A stretch of 64,000 bases of DNA from Octopus sinensis (GCF_006345805.1 NC_042998.1:115940001-116004000), one strand, 5' to 3'; positions 42,450 to 56,839 are shown, counted from the stretch's first letter. Numbers and translations are program-made. Notes: a model not told the origin generated them from the sequence alone.

Positions 42450-44229
42450 CGGACAGACAGACAAGCAGACAGACAGACAGGCAGGCTGGCAGGCAGACAG
42501 ACAGATAGACAGACGGATAGGCAGTTACATACATTGCCTGTGAAGTACCACAGAGGTTACTCTCGAATTCGAGTTGAAATCATAGGAGAAAACATTGGAT
42601 AGATGTGCGCCTCGTAGGAGCAAGCCTATCATTCTGCTATTGCGATCCAAGCATACTGATAACGTAGCCATTACAGTTTTATATCTAAAACATTTTGAAA
42701 GAAGAAACATTGTACATGCGGAGTCCAACGGACGGCTATAAGTAAAAAGAAACGATTGATGCCAAACGCTACACAGCAAAATATATGAAATAATATAGAA
42801 GTGAATAGAAAATGTCAATTACGACAAATTTAGAACAATGGATTTCAAGAAGAAAAAAAATACGCCCCAATCCTCAAGGAATAGTAGAACATTTTCCGAC
42901 ATAGATTTACCTACTGGCATTTCAATTGTAATTTATATTCTATACGTGAAATGGAAAGCATTTTATTTGCATAGTAAAATGCAGAATTTTTAAATGGAAG
43001 CTAACATTTGAGAGACAGAAAATCACTGGAAACAATGGGAAATATTTTATAGAATTATTTTGCAACATCAAAAGCAAGCTAGAGGGAAAAGCGAATGATG
43101 TCCTCATATAGACGAGTATGTACTCCCACTCTCTCTGGAGGGGTACGTCAGTTAAATGACTGAAGAATCCACATTACAATGCAAAATTCACGAGTTTTTG
43201 TATATAAATTAACGCACATTACACATATGCATATACATACACATAGACACACACACTTACACATACACTTACACACACATACGCATACACACATGCACGC
43301 ATATATACAGTATTTCCTATGTGTACAGTTAGATGTATTACTGCTATTGGTGAATTTAAATGTTCCATATTGAACATCATTTTCCACTCCACTTCATGCA
43401 AAGTGGTATGGATGATATTGTATTTAGTAGTATTGATGGTTATGATAGACAAAAGGAATATGGTAAACAACATTATGTAATAAAATGTTATCATGAAAAA
43501 CCATTGTGGATCTGAATCCAAATGCAATATGTAAATCCACTGAAGGGGAAGTAAACAGCTACAATGTCCAAATACGCGTATGGAACAAATGGTATATACT
43601 ACATCTTGTAATTATCATATTCTTTAATCACACAATTTATTATATTCTTTAATCACACGATTATGAAATATGGAAGCCAAACATAGGTACAACATGAAAT
43701 AATTAAATGTGATGCACAGACGATTGGATAGATTCCTCTTTAGTATATTATGCTTATTTGTCTCAGATTAGGTCTAAAGTAAATTGCATGTAGATTTGAA
43801 TTCCGAATGTAAGATTTGAATTCAGAACTGAGCCAATAGGAGAAGTATACTTGAAGATATAAAACAATAAATAACTGTTTATCTTCGTCATCAGTTCCAC
43901 TGCATGACGCTTTGGGAAAGTGTTTTCCACCATATTCTTGGTTTGAATAGTACCTTGCAAATGAGATGCATGCACGCAGTACGTACATATATAAGTACCT
44001 AATTATTTTAGACTTGGTGTACACCGGCTAGTATGCCGATTGAAGCACGTTCACTTTTTGCGTTTACCAGGTGTCATCGGCAGTATAGTTGTAACAGTTA
44101 CTGAATTCCTCCGTGTCTACTGTCTCTTTCTCTCATATGTTATGTATAAGTACCTACAAATACACGTTATCTTTAAGGTATGTCAGCCAGCTATTTTGGG
44201 GTTGTATTGAAAAATGGAATGTTGTTAGG

Positions 44230-44650
44230 AAGAAGGTAATTCCTGAGGTCACAGTTGACACGCAACACGTTGCTTTCTTCGCTTTTTAGCACTGCTGTTG
44301 TTTAGTAAATGTAGTCTGAGATATATTATACGACACTCGGAGGCTATCTGCACTAATCTTGAGCCTCTACCTTAGACAGAGCCTGTCGATTTCCCAGTTT
44401 CTATGGATATTTCCATTTGACGCCAATTTCTGGCGGGTTTTAATGTTTATGGAGTAGGTTTTCTTTCAGACCATTCAAGTATCTCAAATGTTGATATCAG
44501 TACTGGTACTGAAAATGCATTGTGAGATAATGTTGCATGAATGAATGCATATCATATTTTCCTAAGTCTAGTAGTGTAATGTTCTTGGTCACTTTGTTCA
44601 TAGTACCTTCATAGGATACATATTTTTTTAATTAATACCCAGGTATTTGT
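44230..44650 (-). mobile_element. Decayed internal fragment of an R4/Dong-like LINE
   Basis: SYEGTMNK...HNAFSVPVLISTF.ILEW...KTRQKLASNGNIHRN..IDRL parallels the post-RT region of the 61.9-63.9 kb copy (HNAFAVLVLLPTFGIL). Confidence 0.55.
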
Positions 44651-44833
44651 GGCATTCATTATGCGAAATAGGAGACAAAGTATACGCTCGTTGTTTGTAA
44701 AAGAAAAAATGAGACTGTTACTGATTTTGGCTGGAGTAGTCGGGGTAACAACGATTTAAAGTGTTTTCTATATTTGATTCGAGTCGAACATTCTGGAACT
44801 ATGGAGTACTTCTTAGCTGATACGATATATATA

Positions 44834-44878
<45 letters not shown>

Positions 44879-44879
44879 A

Positions 44880-45340
44880 GAGTAACGAAGCTAAAGCACG
44901 AAGAGTAAAGCGCTTTGCACAAATTGATCTTGAACGCTGATGTGCATACACACTAATTTTTAACGTTCTGGCTGACTTCCGCTGTTTCCAGCAGTGCTTG
45001 GAAGGAAGGTGTGTCGCGTGTAATCGTCGCATTGACCATGACAGAGTAAGCTGAGCAGAGAATCCCCAAATTTTGCCAAAAGCTTGGTGACATCTGCTCA
45101 GAGGCCTACACAAAGTTTTCAGAAAGTCTTCTTCGTTCTCGACAAAATCAAGGAGAACTTGTGCAACTGAAACCCGAGAGTATTTTTGGTCAGCTAAAAG
45201 CAGTTTTGGTACAAACTTGGCAAACACACGTCTCATACCCAAATCTTCAGTGAAAATGGTGTGAACTGAAACGTAACTTGTCTGTACAGCCTTTAATATC
45301 ACACGGATAATGGTTCGACTATTATAATATAATGCCATGC
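44880..45340. mobile_element. Rearranged mariner remnant (N-terminus on +, WVPHEL-region segment on -)
   Basis: + strand MTE*AEQRI.KFCQKLGD..SEAY; - strand VHTIFTEDLGMRRVFAKFVPKLL.ADQK..RVSVAQ.LL...ENEEDFL. Confidence 0.68.
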
Positions 45341-47574
45341 TTGTATCAAAATAAATATATAAATAATACTATATAATATACTTATATCAAAATAACTTTC
45401 ATGAACTAGTTATCATATATATTATCATTAACCATTTCAAATATTTGAACATCAACCGCATATACCAAAATATATATATATTTTTCGATTATTTTGAATT
45501 TGAACAAAAGAATGTGTGGTACTTCCATTGGTTCTGTCAAACGGTGTTTGCAGTTAATTATGTACTGTTTTATATCTTTTATCATTTACTAGCTTCAGTA
45601 GTTGGACTACGGCCAGACTAGGACACCGCTTTCCAAGGCTTTAAACGAACAACAGAACTCCAGTACTTATGCTATTTCATACTATTCTGGCACATATTCG
45701 TCCGTCCCTTTTGCTGGACCGCTAGATAACGGGAACGCTAGCAAATGAGCTCCGTTTTTAGCTCGTGATTAAGAGGTAAATTTATTTTCTTGTAAATGAT
45801 TTAGTCAGACAACGAGACTATTCGATGGAAGGGAAGCACGAATATTGGTCACAAACGGAAATTCACCAAAAGTTACAACGAAATGGTTGTATTAATTCTT
45901 TTCTACAATAGGCACAAGACCTGAAATTTTGGGCAGGGGTTAGTCGATTACACCGACTCCACTGCTCCACGGGTACTTGTCGCTAACCACTTTGCCCGGC
46001 GTAGTAATAATTTTGCCGTTGACCGCTGTGATGGTAAAATTAATTAACACTTTTAAACTGTAAGTTAATTAAAAGTGAATACTAAATTAAATAGAAAGCA
46101 AATATAAGTTAAATAAAGATATCAATATTCTTATATAAATATACTACATATCACTGTACAAATAAGCTATACTGTTAAGTATATTTTATGGCAGACTAGA
46201 TTAAATTAGCTCACTATGATAATTAAAAATAAATATATTTTGTTTTATATCATTTAAAGTATTGGATCTAAGTTCAAGAAATTGACCGTTTTTAATGTTA
46301 AAATCAGGAAATGATAGGAGAAAGTAGTTAAAGTATATAAAAAGTTTTAGATTGTAAATAAAATTCCATTGAAAAAATATAATATAGATAAATTCCATAG
46401 GGAACAGCGTGTTGGGAATATAAAGATTAGACCAATAGATAGTATTGAATAACAGTAATTTTCAAATATGCTTAAAATGTGAAAAGACCACACATAAAAG
46501 CTTATGAATCTTAGTTTAATCACATTTTCTAATTACACATCAAAATAGTTTCTATCTTAACGAAATATAATGAAACCTAAACAAAATCACAAATATATAG
46601 AAGCGTATACACATATGCATTGGCATACTAAAAAAGTACGCTGTATACACGTATACATAGATACATACATACATACATACATATACACACAAATACACAC
46701 ACATACATATACATATATACTTGCGTGTGTGTGTGTATGTGTGTGCGTACATGTATGTATGTGTGCATGGATGCACGTGTGTATATATACATATGTATGC
46801 ATGTATGTGTGCGTATTTGCGTAAATATAATTAAGTGTGAAAAATTTTATGATACGGTTTTATCTATACAATATTGTTTGAAAGTGTATCTTTTCAGTGT
46901 GTGTGTACTGGTGTGTTTTTCATTAGCGATATGTAAGCATCTGAAACCATAAAGTTTTATTGAAATTCTTCAAATCTTGACATGATTTATTTACTGATGT
47001 TCTCGAAAAGGAGAAAAAATACGTTGAAAATATAAAAAATACTATGAAATAACGTAGAAGAAAAAAGAAGGAAAGAATTAGGAGAAATAGAAAAAGGGAA
47101 GCGGAAGTAGGTCAGATGAAGACAAGTTCTTTTTACAATACTGCATCGAGAAGAAATTATTTCAATATACAACCACCAACAGAACAACAACAACTACGAA
47201 AATGAAAATAAAAACAAAAAATTATACTGGCTAACAATATTGCGTTACGTGGAAATCTTAAAACACGGAACAAAATATTTTGTAAGGATTCCTTTGTAAC
47301 TGATTCTCTCTGAAAATATCAGATTTCTCTGAATAAACTGAAGTCTATAATTTCAGACTAAGAACGAGTGTTAAGCAAATGGGACGGATATTTCTGGTTC
47401 TGAACTTAAAATTATTGTCACATAATGTATATTTTCAAAACCAATTATGCTGTGAAGAATATTGTAGTTTTGAAATGTTTACGCGTAGAATAGAACGTCT
47501 GATTAATTAGTAATTAGCGTAATTACTAGTGAACTTAGATTGGCAGAAACGGTAAAGAGGTGTCAGAAACGTTA

Positions 47575-47810
47575 AGGCGGCGAGCTGGCAGAAACGTTAG
47601 CACGCCAGGCGAAATGCTTAGCGGTATTTCATCTGCCGCTACGTTCTGAGTTCAAATTCTGCCGAGGTCGTTTTTTCTTTCATCCTTTTGGGGTCGATTA
47701 AATAATTACCAGGTACGCACTGGGATCGATATAATCGACTTAATACGTTTATCTGTCCTTGCTTTTCCCCTCTGTGTGCAGCCCCTTGTGGGCAGTAAAG
47801 CAATAAGAAA
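47575..47810 (+). mobile_element. SINE family B
   Basis: aaggcggcgagctggcagaaacgttagcacgccaggcg...gagttcaaattctgccgaggtcg...catccttttggggtcgat. Confidence 0.8.
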
Positions 47811-47959
47811 GGGTAAAGAGCTGTACTGGATGGCTTGTAGCAGTTAAGTACGTTTCTCTACGATCTCAATCTACAATTAGCTTATATCGACCTTTGTATC
47901 ATTTCTCACACGAGAAAGTAAGTGAAATAAGGATGACAAGCAATATCGTATTAGTACTC

Positions 47960-48185
47960 TTGCTAGAAGCAGTTCTTTCAAATTTTGGCACAAGACCGGT
48001 AATTTTAGGGATGGGTGTTAGTCGAATAGGTGGACCCTAATTCTTGAGTGGTACTTTATTTTATTGACCCCGAAAGGATAAAAGGCAAGGTTGACCTCGG
48101 TGAATTTGAACTTAGAACGTAAAACTAGAAATGATGCCGCTAAGAATTTTGTCCTCGTGCTACCAATTCTGTCAGCTCACCACTT
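47960..48185 (-). mobile_element. SINE family B, inverted relative to the 47575 copy
   Basis: ggtactttattttattgaccccgaaaggataaaaggcaaggttgacctcggtgaatttgaac. Confidence 0.75.
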
Positions 48186-49606
48186 TATTCCTGCAAGAAG
48201 TAATGACCAAATCTTCAAAAAATCATGAGTTATTCTCTTAAGAAAGAAAGAACAAACTGGATAGTGTAGTCTTTCAATGTATTTCGTAAATCAGCTAAAT
48301 GTTAAACAACAACAACAGAAATATATATAAAATAACGTCAAATTACTAGCTTACAATCTTCTGACCTGCTCCCAACGTCAGATTAATAATACTTTGTTTT
48401 GTTTGACATATACGCAAATCAAAGATTACAAATAGCAATGTCTTCATGGAGAAAACAGAGAGGAAAATCATCCATGTTTTATACAGCTCCTAATGCGTCA
48501 TGTATGTACCATTATAAAATTGTAGAATGTATTACAATGTATGAAAACATCATGGACATATAACAAAATGTTCTGAGCTTCTGACTGCGTGCATTACATT
48601 ATTGCGTTTTATTAGGTTTTTATTCCTATTCTTGTTGGGATTAATTGCAATTTTCATTCCTAGAAGTCAAATCCTTTGGGAGATTGTACTAACACTTTTG
48701 TCCACAAGGATATTTTACCTTTTACGTTTTATTATTTTTTCATACGAATTGTGGCTTGTTTATTAGTTCCGTTATTTTCTATTTCTAAGTTTGGAATAGA
48801 TTTGGAACGCTTTTATTGTTTACCACAAGGTCATACTTGATCGATCTGATATTTCATCAATTGTGCTCCTGTCATTTCATCCTATTGTTTTTGACTTCTT
48901 TCAAGGACTTCATATTTAAATATGTAGAACTAGAGTAACGGTTGATAGGGATGTAGCCGCTAAATCCAGCAGGTCGAGCGTCTGCATACAATTTCTTTCT
49001 TTGATGGTTTTATATATTTTTTTTACTCAAATAATACTCATAATATAATCAAAACAATAAAAATCATACAGGGTTCGATTTTTGTTCTTCCTCCAGCGAT
49101 TTTAATACATAATAGTAGTAGATAATCGTTTGCAGGATCATAAATTAGTTAATCTCTACTCTTCTGAAATGTCGGAATCTGTGTGCCAAGGTACAAATTA
49201 ATAAAAAAGCATACTCTGAGGGATTCTGTTATGCTATTTTGAGTGAAATACCATATTTTCCAGTAGTATTTCATTCAGCTAGGCACGATTTTATTTTCTT
49301 AAACCGAGAATATAGTTTTTTTTTTTACTGGGGGAATACAAACTAAGACCACAAATACAGAGTAAGAAAGATTTCTTGCTGTAACAAAGCACAAAAGCAC
49401 TGTTATCGATACTGAGAAAGTGAGAGAGAGAGAGAGGGGGGAGAGAGAAAGAGAAAATTATGAAGATTTACAACACAAATTGCCATACATACATACATAC
49501 ACACATACATAATACATACATACCTACATACATATATATGTATATATATATAGAGAGAGAAAGTGTGTTCGCATAAAAGTATAGAGTTACACACACACAT
49601 ACACAA

Positions 49607-49643
<37 letters not shown>

Positions 49644-49716
49644 CAAGTATACAAAACATATAAGACTATATGTATTGATATATCTATCTATCTATATATA
49701 TGTGTGTGTGTGAGTG

Positions 49717-49785
<69 letters not shown>

Positions 49786-51630
49786 TTATGCATATGTGTA
49801 TATTTGAATGGCTATGCTTATACACACGTACACACACACAGACACATATATATATAGAGAGGAGAGAGAGCCTGGTTTGGTGTGTATATGCATATGTTAA
49901 CTAACTGAATAGAAAGACAATGTGAAATCCCCTGATACTTAGCAGCGTAGAAAATGTTTTTACCAATCAATTATTAGAAAAACATATTGATCTTGTGATG
50001 AAAAGTAAATAAGTTAATTGTAGTTGTCCTGTAAACTAAGAAAAACAAGTAGTCGTATTGAATGAATCTCATTTGCAGTTCGATAAATGCCAAAACAAAA
50101 ATATTCATTGAGGCATTTACAAATTACAAGGATTTCAATACATGGTAGTATTTCTATACTAAATTGTTACATTATAGTAGAAAATAATATATTATGTTCT
50201 GGATTTTTCTTGAACTACTGGCTGTTTTTTTTTACCACAAAGCCAAACACGAGAATAGCAGTATCAATGATATTTTACTACTTTTAGAGCTCTTGAAAGA
50301 TAAGTTTTTGTTAGAGAAGGAACGACAGCGTCTATGCCTGTTTTTATGCCTCTGAGATTGGAAGAAGAGAAGGAAAAATGCAGCTGCCCAACAAAAAAAG
50401 ACGGCTCGAATGTTTTCAACATAGTAGACATCTCAAAGGGTACATACAGTTTCTATCGAACAAACTACTCGCAGAAATTTCTGCCGAAATTTCTGTTGTG
50501 GTAAAAGACGATATTTAACCAAAATGCTACACAATGTGGTCAATGCTATCGAAGTGGAGGTATTTGCCAGTAAACTAAACTTCCTAACCACACAGTCAAA
50601 CCTGTACCCAAGCTGTACAATAAATATACATTAACATCACTGGATTTGGTCAAAGGCAACTAATTCAACCCTAAAGATATTTTCAATAGATGTGTTGTAG
50701 TCTCCAACAACTTTTCAAAATGAAAAAGCTGAAGTAGTTCTATGAACAACAGAAGCAAAACGAATAGAAAAATAGTCTATTTATTAAACCAATGAATTAC
50801 ATTTTATGGAAAATATTGGTTCATTCAATAGATACAAAGGCTGATTGTCAGAATATTTGAATATACCTTTTTAAATGGTTGCATGAAATGTTTCAAACAA
50901 CTTTGCATCGATATGACCAACAACAAAGTTCAGTGGTAAAATCTAACATAAAGAATATCAATGGTTAATCACACTCAAGCAATCAATGATTAAGGTTCTA
51001 TGTGTTCGTTCATGCCTTTTAGAAATAGCAGACAGGTTCATTCACACAGCAACGTAGTGACTTAAAAAATATATAAACGTTAGAAGATACGAACTTGGTT
51101 AAACTCTATCTGAAACAAAACAAGACAGAAAGAGCAAATCTGGAACGCAGCTGATCATAGGTCCACTAAATAAGGATAACCTAGTGCGCAACAACATTAA
51201 GTAATATGAAGTATAGCAACGGTAGCCGAATCTATTTAAAACACTTAGTGGCCATGAGCCTATAGAAAGATCTTGTCAACGAATCTGATCGTAAAAGCAA
51301 TGGAAGTCTAGAATTATTGTTGTTGTTGTTATTATTATTTAGCCCTATGTTTTTTGAAGATATCTACTTACAAAAGGCTCTAGCTGTTGCGTTCTGTCAA
51401 CTTCTAGTTGACCGAACGGATGTATAGAGTTTCTAAAGTTGCTGTAATGAAGTGTTAAATTTATAAATGTAATATGTTGTTAGAAGAATATGTATGAACG
51501 TTAGCCTTTTACACAGGAAATGAACTGTGGAGAGGCTTGGGGAACAATAGCATTGACAGCAGACGAATGAAGCGTTGCATTTAAACTTTTCTGGCGCAAC
51601 AGATAAACAACAGATATAGGCCAGTGAAAG

Positions 51631-51704
<74 letters not shown>

Positions 51705-52682
51705 GCTCCTGTCTTTTAAGGCAAAGAAATATTAGTACATGAACTTTCAGGAAAAAGATATCTTGAAATTCTGACACAAGCTTGGGTAACATTTATTTAG
51801 TGAAAAGAGATGCTTATCTTCTCTATAGATTTTGAAATGTTGGTGTTGAGAGAACTGGGTCTGTAGTGGGGAGAACATTTAATTTATGCTAGCAATTTAC
51901 ATTTCGGCCAGGTCAAAGTTACAAATGCTAAAGCAAGAAATTAAATATCCAAAAACTTGATGGCATAGGTGTACGCCAATTGTCAGCTACTAAATGCTAG
52001 TGGTTGCCAAGACAACTGGTGTAGGAATTCTGGTTACTCAGAAGTGCAAATGAATAGCACAGGGTGGCGGTTTCTCTGGATCTTGTAAAGACAAATAACT
52101 GTGCGTTCTACTGACCCATTAAAACAGAAGATTAATTATTGACTGCAAGAACCAATGCTTATTGAGTTCTGATCAATGCAAATCAATTTCTGCAAAAGTT
52201 AATGAATTCTACACATGTGAAGACTGAGACAAATAATTCTGTTTAAATATAGCATATTCATATGCAGCGGGGTATGGAGATGGTAGAAAGCGCCATTGAT
52301 TTTTAATAAATTCCACAAAGTTAAGCCTTTGACCGAGATTAATTTTCCAGTTGAGCCGATTATTTCATTAATTTCTGAAACATCGATTTTACTCAATAAC
52401 CCGGAAAGTGGTAGGTGCTATCAGACACACTTGCTCCCAACATGCTTCACGAAGACGAAATCACTGATGGTGTCTGAAGAATAATTAAATGCAGCAGAAC
52501 ATTATCATTATAGAAGTGATGGTTGAGGAAATACAATGATGCGCTAGACATTTTAACTGCATGTAGGTCGACATCCTATTATCAGCATTCCGCAACATAT
52601 CTAGAATAATTTGTTCAGTCGTTCATCCATGTTTCAAAGCTTTATATATATATATATATATAATATATATATATATAACTAT

Positions 52683-52759
<77 letters not shown>

Positions 52760-53622
52760 ATATATACATACATATACCTACCTATCTACCTACCTACCTA
52801 CCTACCTACCTACCTACATACATACATACACCAAGCAACTATATGCAAACAGATAAAATGGAATAAGTTATTTTCCTATAAAAATTGCCTTAATACATAG
52901 TCAAAAATATTCAGCATTTTGATTTTCGAAATCCATAATTCCTGCAGCTTGATTCTAGTGATAATATTTTCTTGGTTTCTTTCTTATTTTATCAATAAAT
53001 TTCAAAAATGAGCATATACATATTTATTTGCAGACACACTGGCTGGGTTAATGTATGTTCTCTGTAATTAGGAATTCCACGTATTGATTGGCATCTCCAT
53101 TATGTACATGTTTACTGAGAACGACTACATTATATCAATTCACACATATACAATTACATTTCCATATTTATCTCATCATAAAGAATTATATACACTTTGT
53201 GCAGCGAATTAAGTCCTACGCTAACTGTTCAACACTGAATACATTTGTCAAAAGCTGCGAAAGTAAAAACAAACGTATAGTATCTAGATTTAGTCTGTTA
53301 TATTAAAAATATAGCTTCGAATGAGAGTGATGTATCACTATCAAACTAGAAAAACCGCAAGTTACGAAAATGAGTATGAAGTGTACATGAAAGACGAAAT
53401 TACACCCTCTGGCACGCACTGGAATATATAGCTGAACGCATATTTACACAAAAAGTATATATACTTAGAAACAAGCTACAATCAACAATGGTGTGACTGA
53501 GTTTATGAATATAGACATAAAGAAGCATCGTCAGAAGTATGGATATACGCATGCATACGTATACACACTTACGCATATATATATCTTGTACACAAGCATA
53601 CACACAAACACACACACATATG

Positions 53623-53663
<41 letters not shown>

Positions 53664-53745
53664 GTTTATGTATACATGTATATATCTTTATAAATATGTA
53701 TATGTATATGTGTGTTTTATAAGTATATTTATGCCTACATATGTC

Positions 53746-53779
<34 letters not shown>

Positions 53780-54559
53780 ATATATATAAATATATATATA
53801 TGTGTGTGTGTGTGTGTATGTATATACATGTGTGTGCGATTATGTTTCTATATCTGTTTGAAAGCAATATATGTGGCCATGCGTGCTTCTGCTCGTAAAT
53901 ATTTATAATGCTAACTGGGAAGAAACAACATGAATAGAAAAGTGAAAGCTAGATTTGATTTATACGACATTTTCAGGTGATGACAATCATTTATAGCCAT
54001 AATGAAGATTGAATAGCTTCTAAAAATATTATATAAAAAGCATTCTTGGAAAGAAATTAAAACCTCCAGAAAACAAAATATATTTAAAGTGTAGAAACAC
54101 GATATCTATAATAAACAACTTTAACTGTGGCCCTTACACTTTCTCCTCTGTCTCACTGTCTCTGTCTTTGCCTTTCTTTTTCTCTCACAGTGGGTACACA
54201 TATATGTGTCAATATGAGTATATGTATCTATGTATATATATATATCTATGTATATATACATATGTGTGCGTGTGTGTGTGTGAAATAATCACGACGTGTC
54301 TGCTCCAGTATGATCTTACATGAGATGAGAAAATAGTCGAAAGAACTAAAGAATATACTGATATAATAATAAATAGTTGGCAATGGTAATGAACAAGGTA
54401 CAAAGCAGCACCGGACTGAGAGTAGAATTTTGCATGCATTCCCTAGACCGAGAATCCATCAGAGTTCTCTTTTCCTAGCCACTAACGTGTGCGTATTAGG
54501 AGAGGACGAAAGCCTCTTTTCTGTGCATCGTTCGCGAAGTGAAGTCTCACATACTCTCA

Positions 54560-54883
54560 TTCAAACATACACGCACTCACACACTCGAATACACACTCAC
54601 ACACACACACTCGCATACACACACCCCCACACCCCCACACACGCATAAACACACACACACACATACACACACACAGACACATGTATGTAAGTATGTATGA
54701 AATGCAGTTATGTCCTGCGCTAGCTGTGATTTACGCAAACCATATAACGAAGTAAGTATACACACAGACATGTGCGCTCGCACATACACATGTATATAAA
54801 TATATATTTATGCATATGTATATATGTACATATTTTTGTACAGATACACACACACACAAACATACACACACGCACACATATAC

Positions 54884-54942
<59 letters not shown>

Positions 54943-54948
54943 ATATAT

Positions 54949-55033
<85 letters not shown>

Positions 55034-55035
55034 AA
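54560..55035. repeat. (CA)n/(TA)n compound microsatellite cluster
   Basis: Direct reading. Confidence 0.9.
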
Positions 55036-56163
55036 ATATTATTGGTGAATTGAAGAAATGGAGCTGAACGAAGATTGAACAGAAATCGTTTTATTTCATT
55101 CTACACGTGTTTCGAAAGGCACAATTTACCAAAATCCGATTGAATAATGAGACCATATTGTGTCTTTCTCTTCAGGAAGAAATAGGAAATCCGTTGGAAA
55201 AAACAAAAACAGAACAGAGGCGGAGCAAAACAAATCGAACTAGGCTCCTAAGAGCCCATGGCAAAACTGTTTATCAGTGTATGTTGAGAACCGGTGGCTG
55301 AAGATTTTAACGGGTCAGGCAGCGGTCAATCATGTGGGTGAGGGTGTGTAGATGTTCTTTGTGACCGAGAATAAAGTTCTGACTATTTAAGGAATATTGG
55401 ATGTTTTATAAGGGGCGAGAAGTAATCCAGCGATGTTTCAGAAAAACAGATCGTCTCGTTGCAACAGCTCAGCTACTGGAAGATCCTGGAAGGAATTGTA
55501 CCAAATTTTGGCACTGAAAGCTACACCAGTGCCAGAACGAGTCGACAGTGCACAGTCGCAAAGATGCCAACAATGCCATCGCGCTTCAGGAGTTAGAATT
55601 TCTAATCTCCTTACTCATCTATGGAAGGAACGTCTCTAAAAATCTCTCTCACTTATATTTTCAAATAACACTTATGGTCTTTAATTTTAGTTAATACCTA
55701 ACTGGACTCGCACATATCTTGCTTTCTCATAAGGATAAATTTGAATCTCCTAGTTCCTATTCTGTATTTGTTTTATCAAGTCATATGTAAAAAAAAGTTT
55801 ATACGTCTTGTACGGAAGAGTGCAGTGTTACATAATTTATTTAACGTAATCTAATTAATTCTATTACACCATGAATTTGCTATGAATTTTATATTGCTGT
55901 ACAAAACGATCGTCTGCATGAATTATAATTCTCTTATATATCTTAACACCTTCTCTTCTCTATTTTTATCAAAAGTGTTGAGTTTTATGGGATCTCATTC
56001 CGTAAATTCACAAGACACTATATACAAGTATTATTTTCATATTCACAATTTTACGCCAGTAAGCTAGCAGCAAAATATGAAGAATCTATATTAGAAAACT
56101 TCTTTTGGAAAACTCCAAATTAAAAGACGAATCTAATTGAATCTTTTTACACACACACAAACT

Positions 56164-56216
<53 letters not shown>

Positions 56217-56658
56217 ACGCTTTCTCTCTCTCTCTCACATAAATATATAGACAAACATATATATACATATAGATAAATACGCACACACATATAAATAGAT
56301 ATATATACATATAGATAAATACACACACACACACATATATATATATAAATGAATATATACATATATATATATATGCACTCATTTATATGCATATGCACGT
56401 ACATATGCGTTCTTATATATATATATATAATATATATAATATATATATATATATACATATATACATATGTATATAGATGTATACTTACACACACAGATAT
56501 GAATGCGATTCTGTATACCGACAAGTGTGTCAATATACTGTGTATGAGCTGTTGTGTATGAAATTGCTTATGTGCGTGCACTTGTGTTTTTTGTGTAAGT
56601 GTGTACATGTGCCGTTGTGGATATAAATGCAAAAGTAGCTTAGAACACGTACAGTCAC

Positions 56659-56839
56659 CTTGCCGCATCAACGAGCTGACAGTAAACCAGAGGCTGTTGA
56701 GAATTGTAAATTGGTTCTCCACCACATCAGAATCTGGGTTGCAAGGATGTGGGTTATACCATTCATAAGGACTGAAGCGAGCTAGTACGAACAGCATAAA
56801 ACTGACGCATAAGTAAGCTGCTACCACATATACCCAAAC
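56659..56839 (-). CDS. Ionotropic glutamate receptor (kainate-type) internal exon: M1, M1-M2 loop, M2 pore helix and Q/R site
   Basis: Translates [33 protein letters not shown]...[19 protein letters not shown](G). [13 protein letters not shown] and NS.WF...LM.QG are kainate/AMPA receptor hallmarks. Acceptor ctgttttacag|GTT, donor CAAG|gtgact; 181 nt, ends in phase 1. Confidence 0.97.

Noticed and set aside
54457-54515. Stem followed by GACGAAA, resembling hammerhead stem II
   Set aside because: The upstream core is CATCAGA, not CTGANGA, so the catalytic core is absent.
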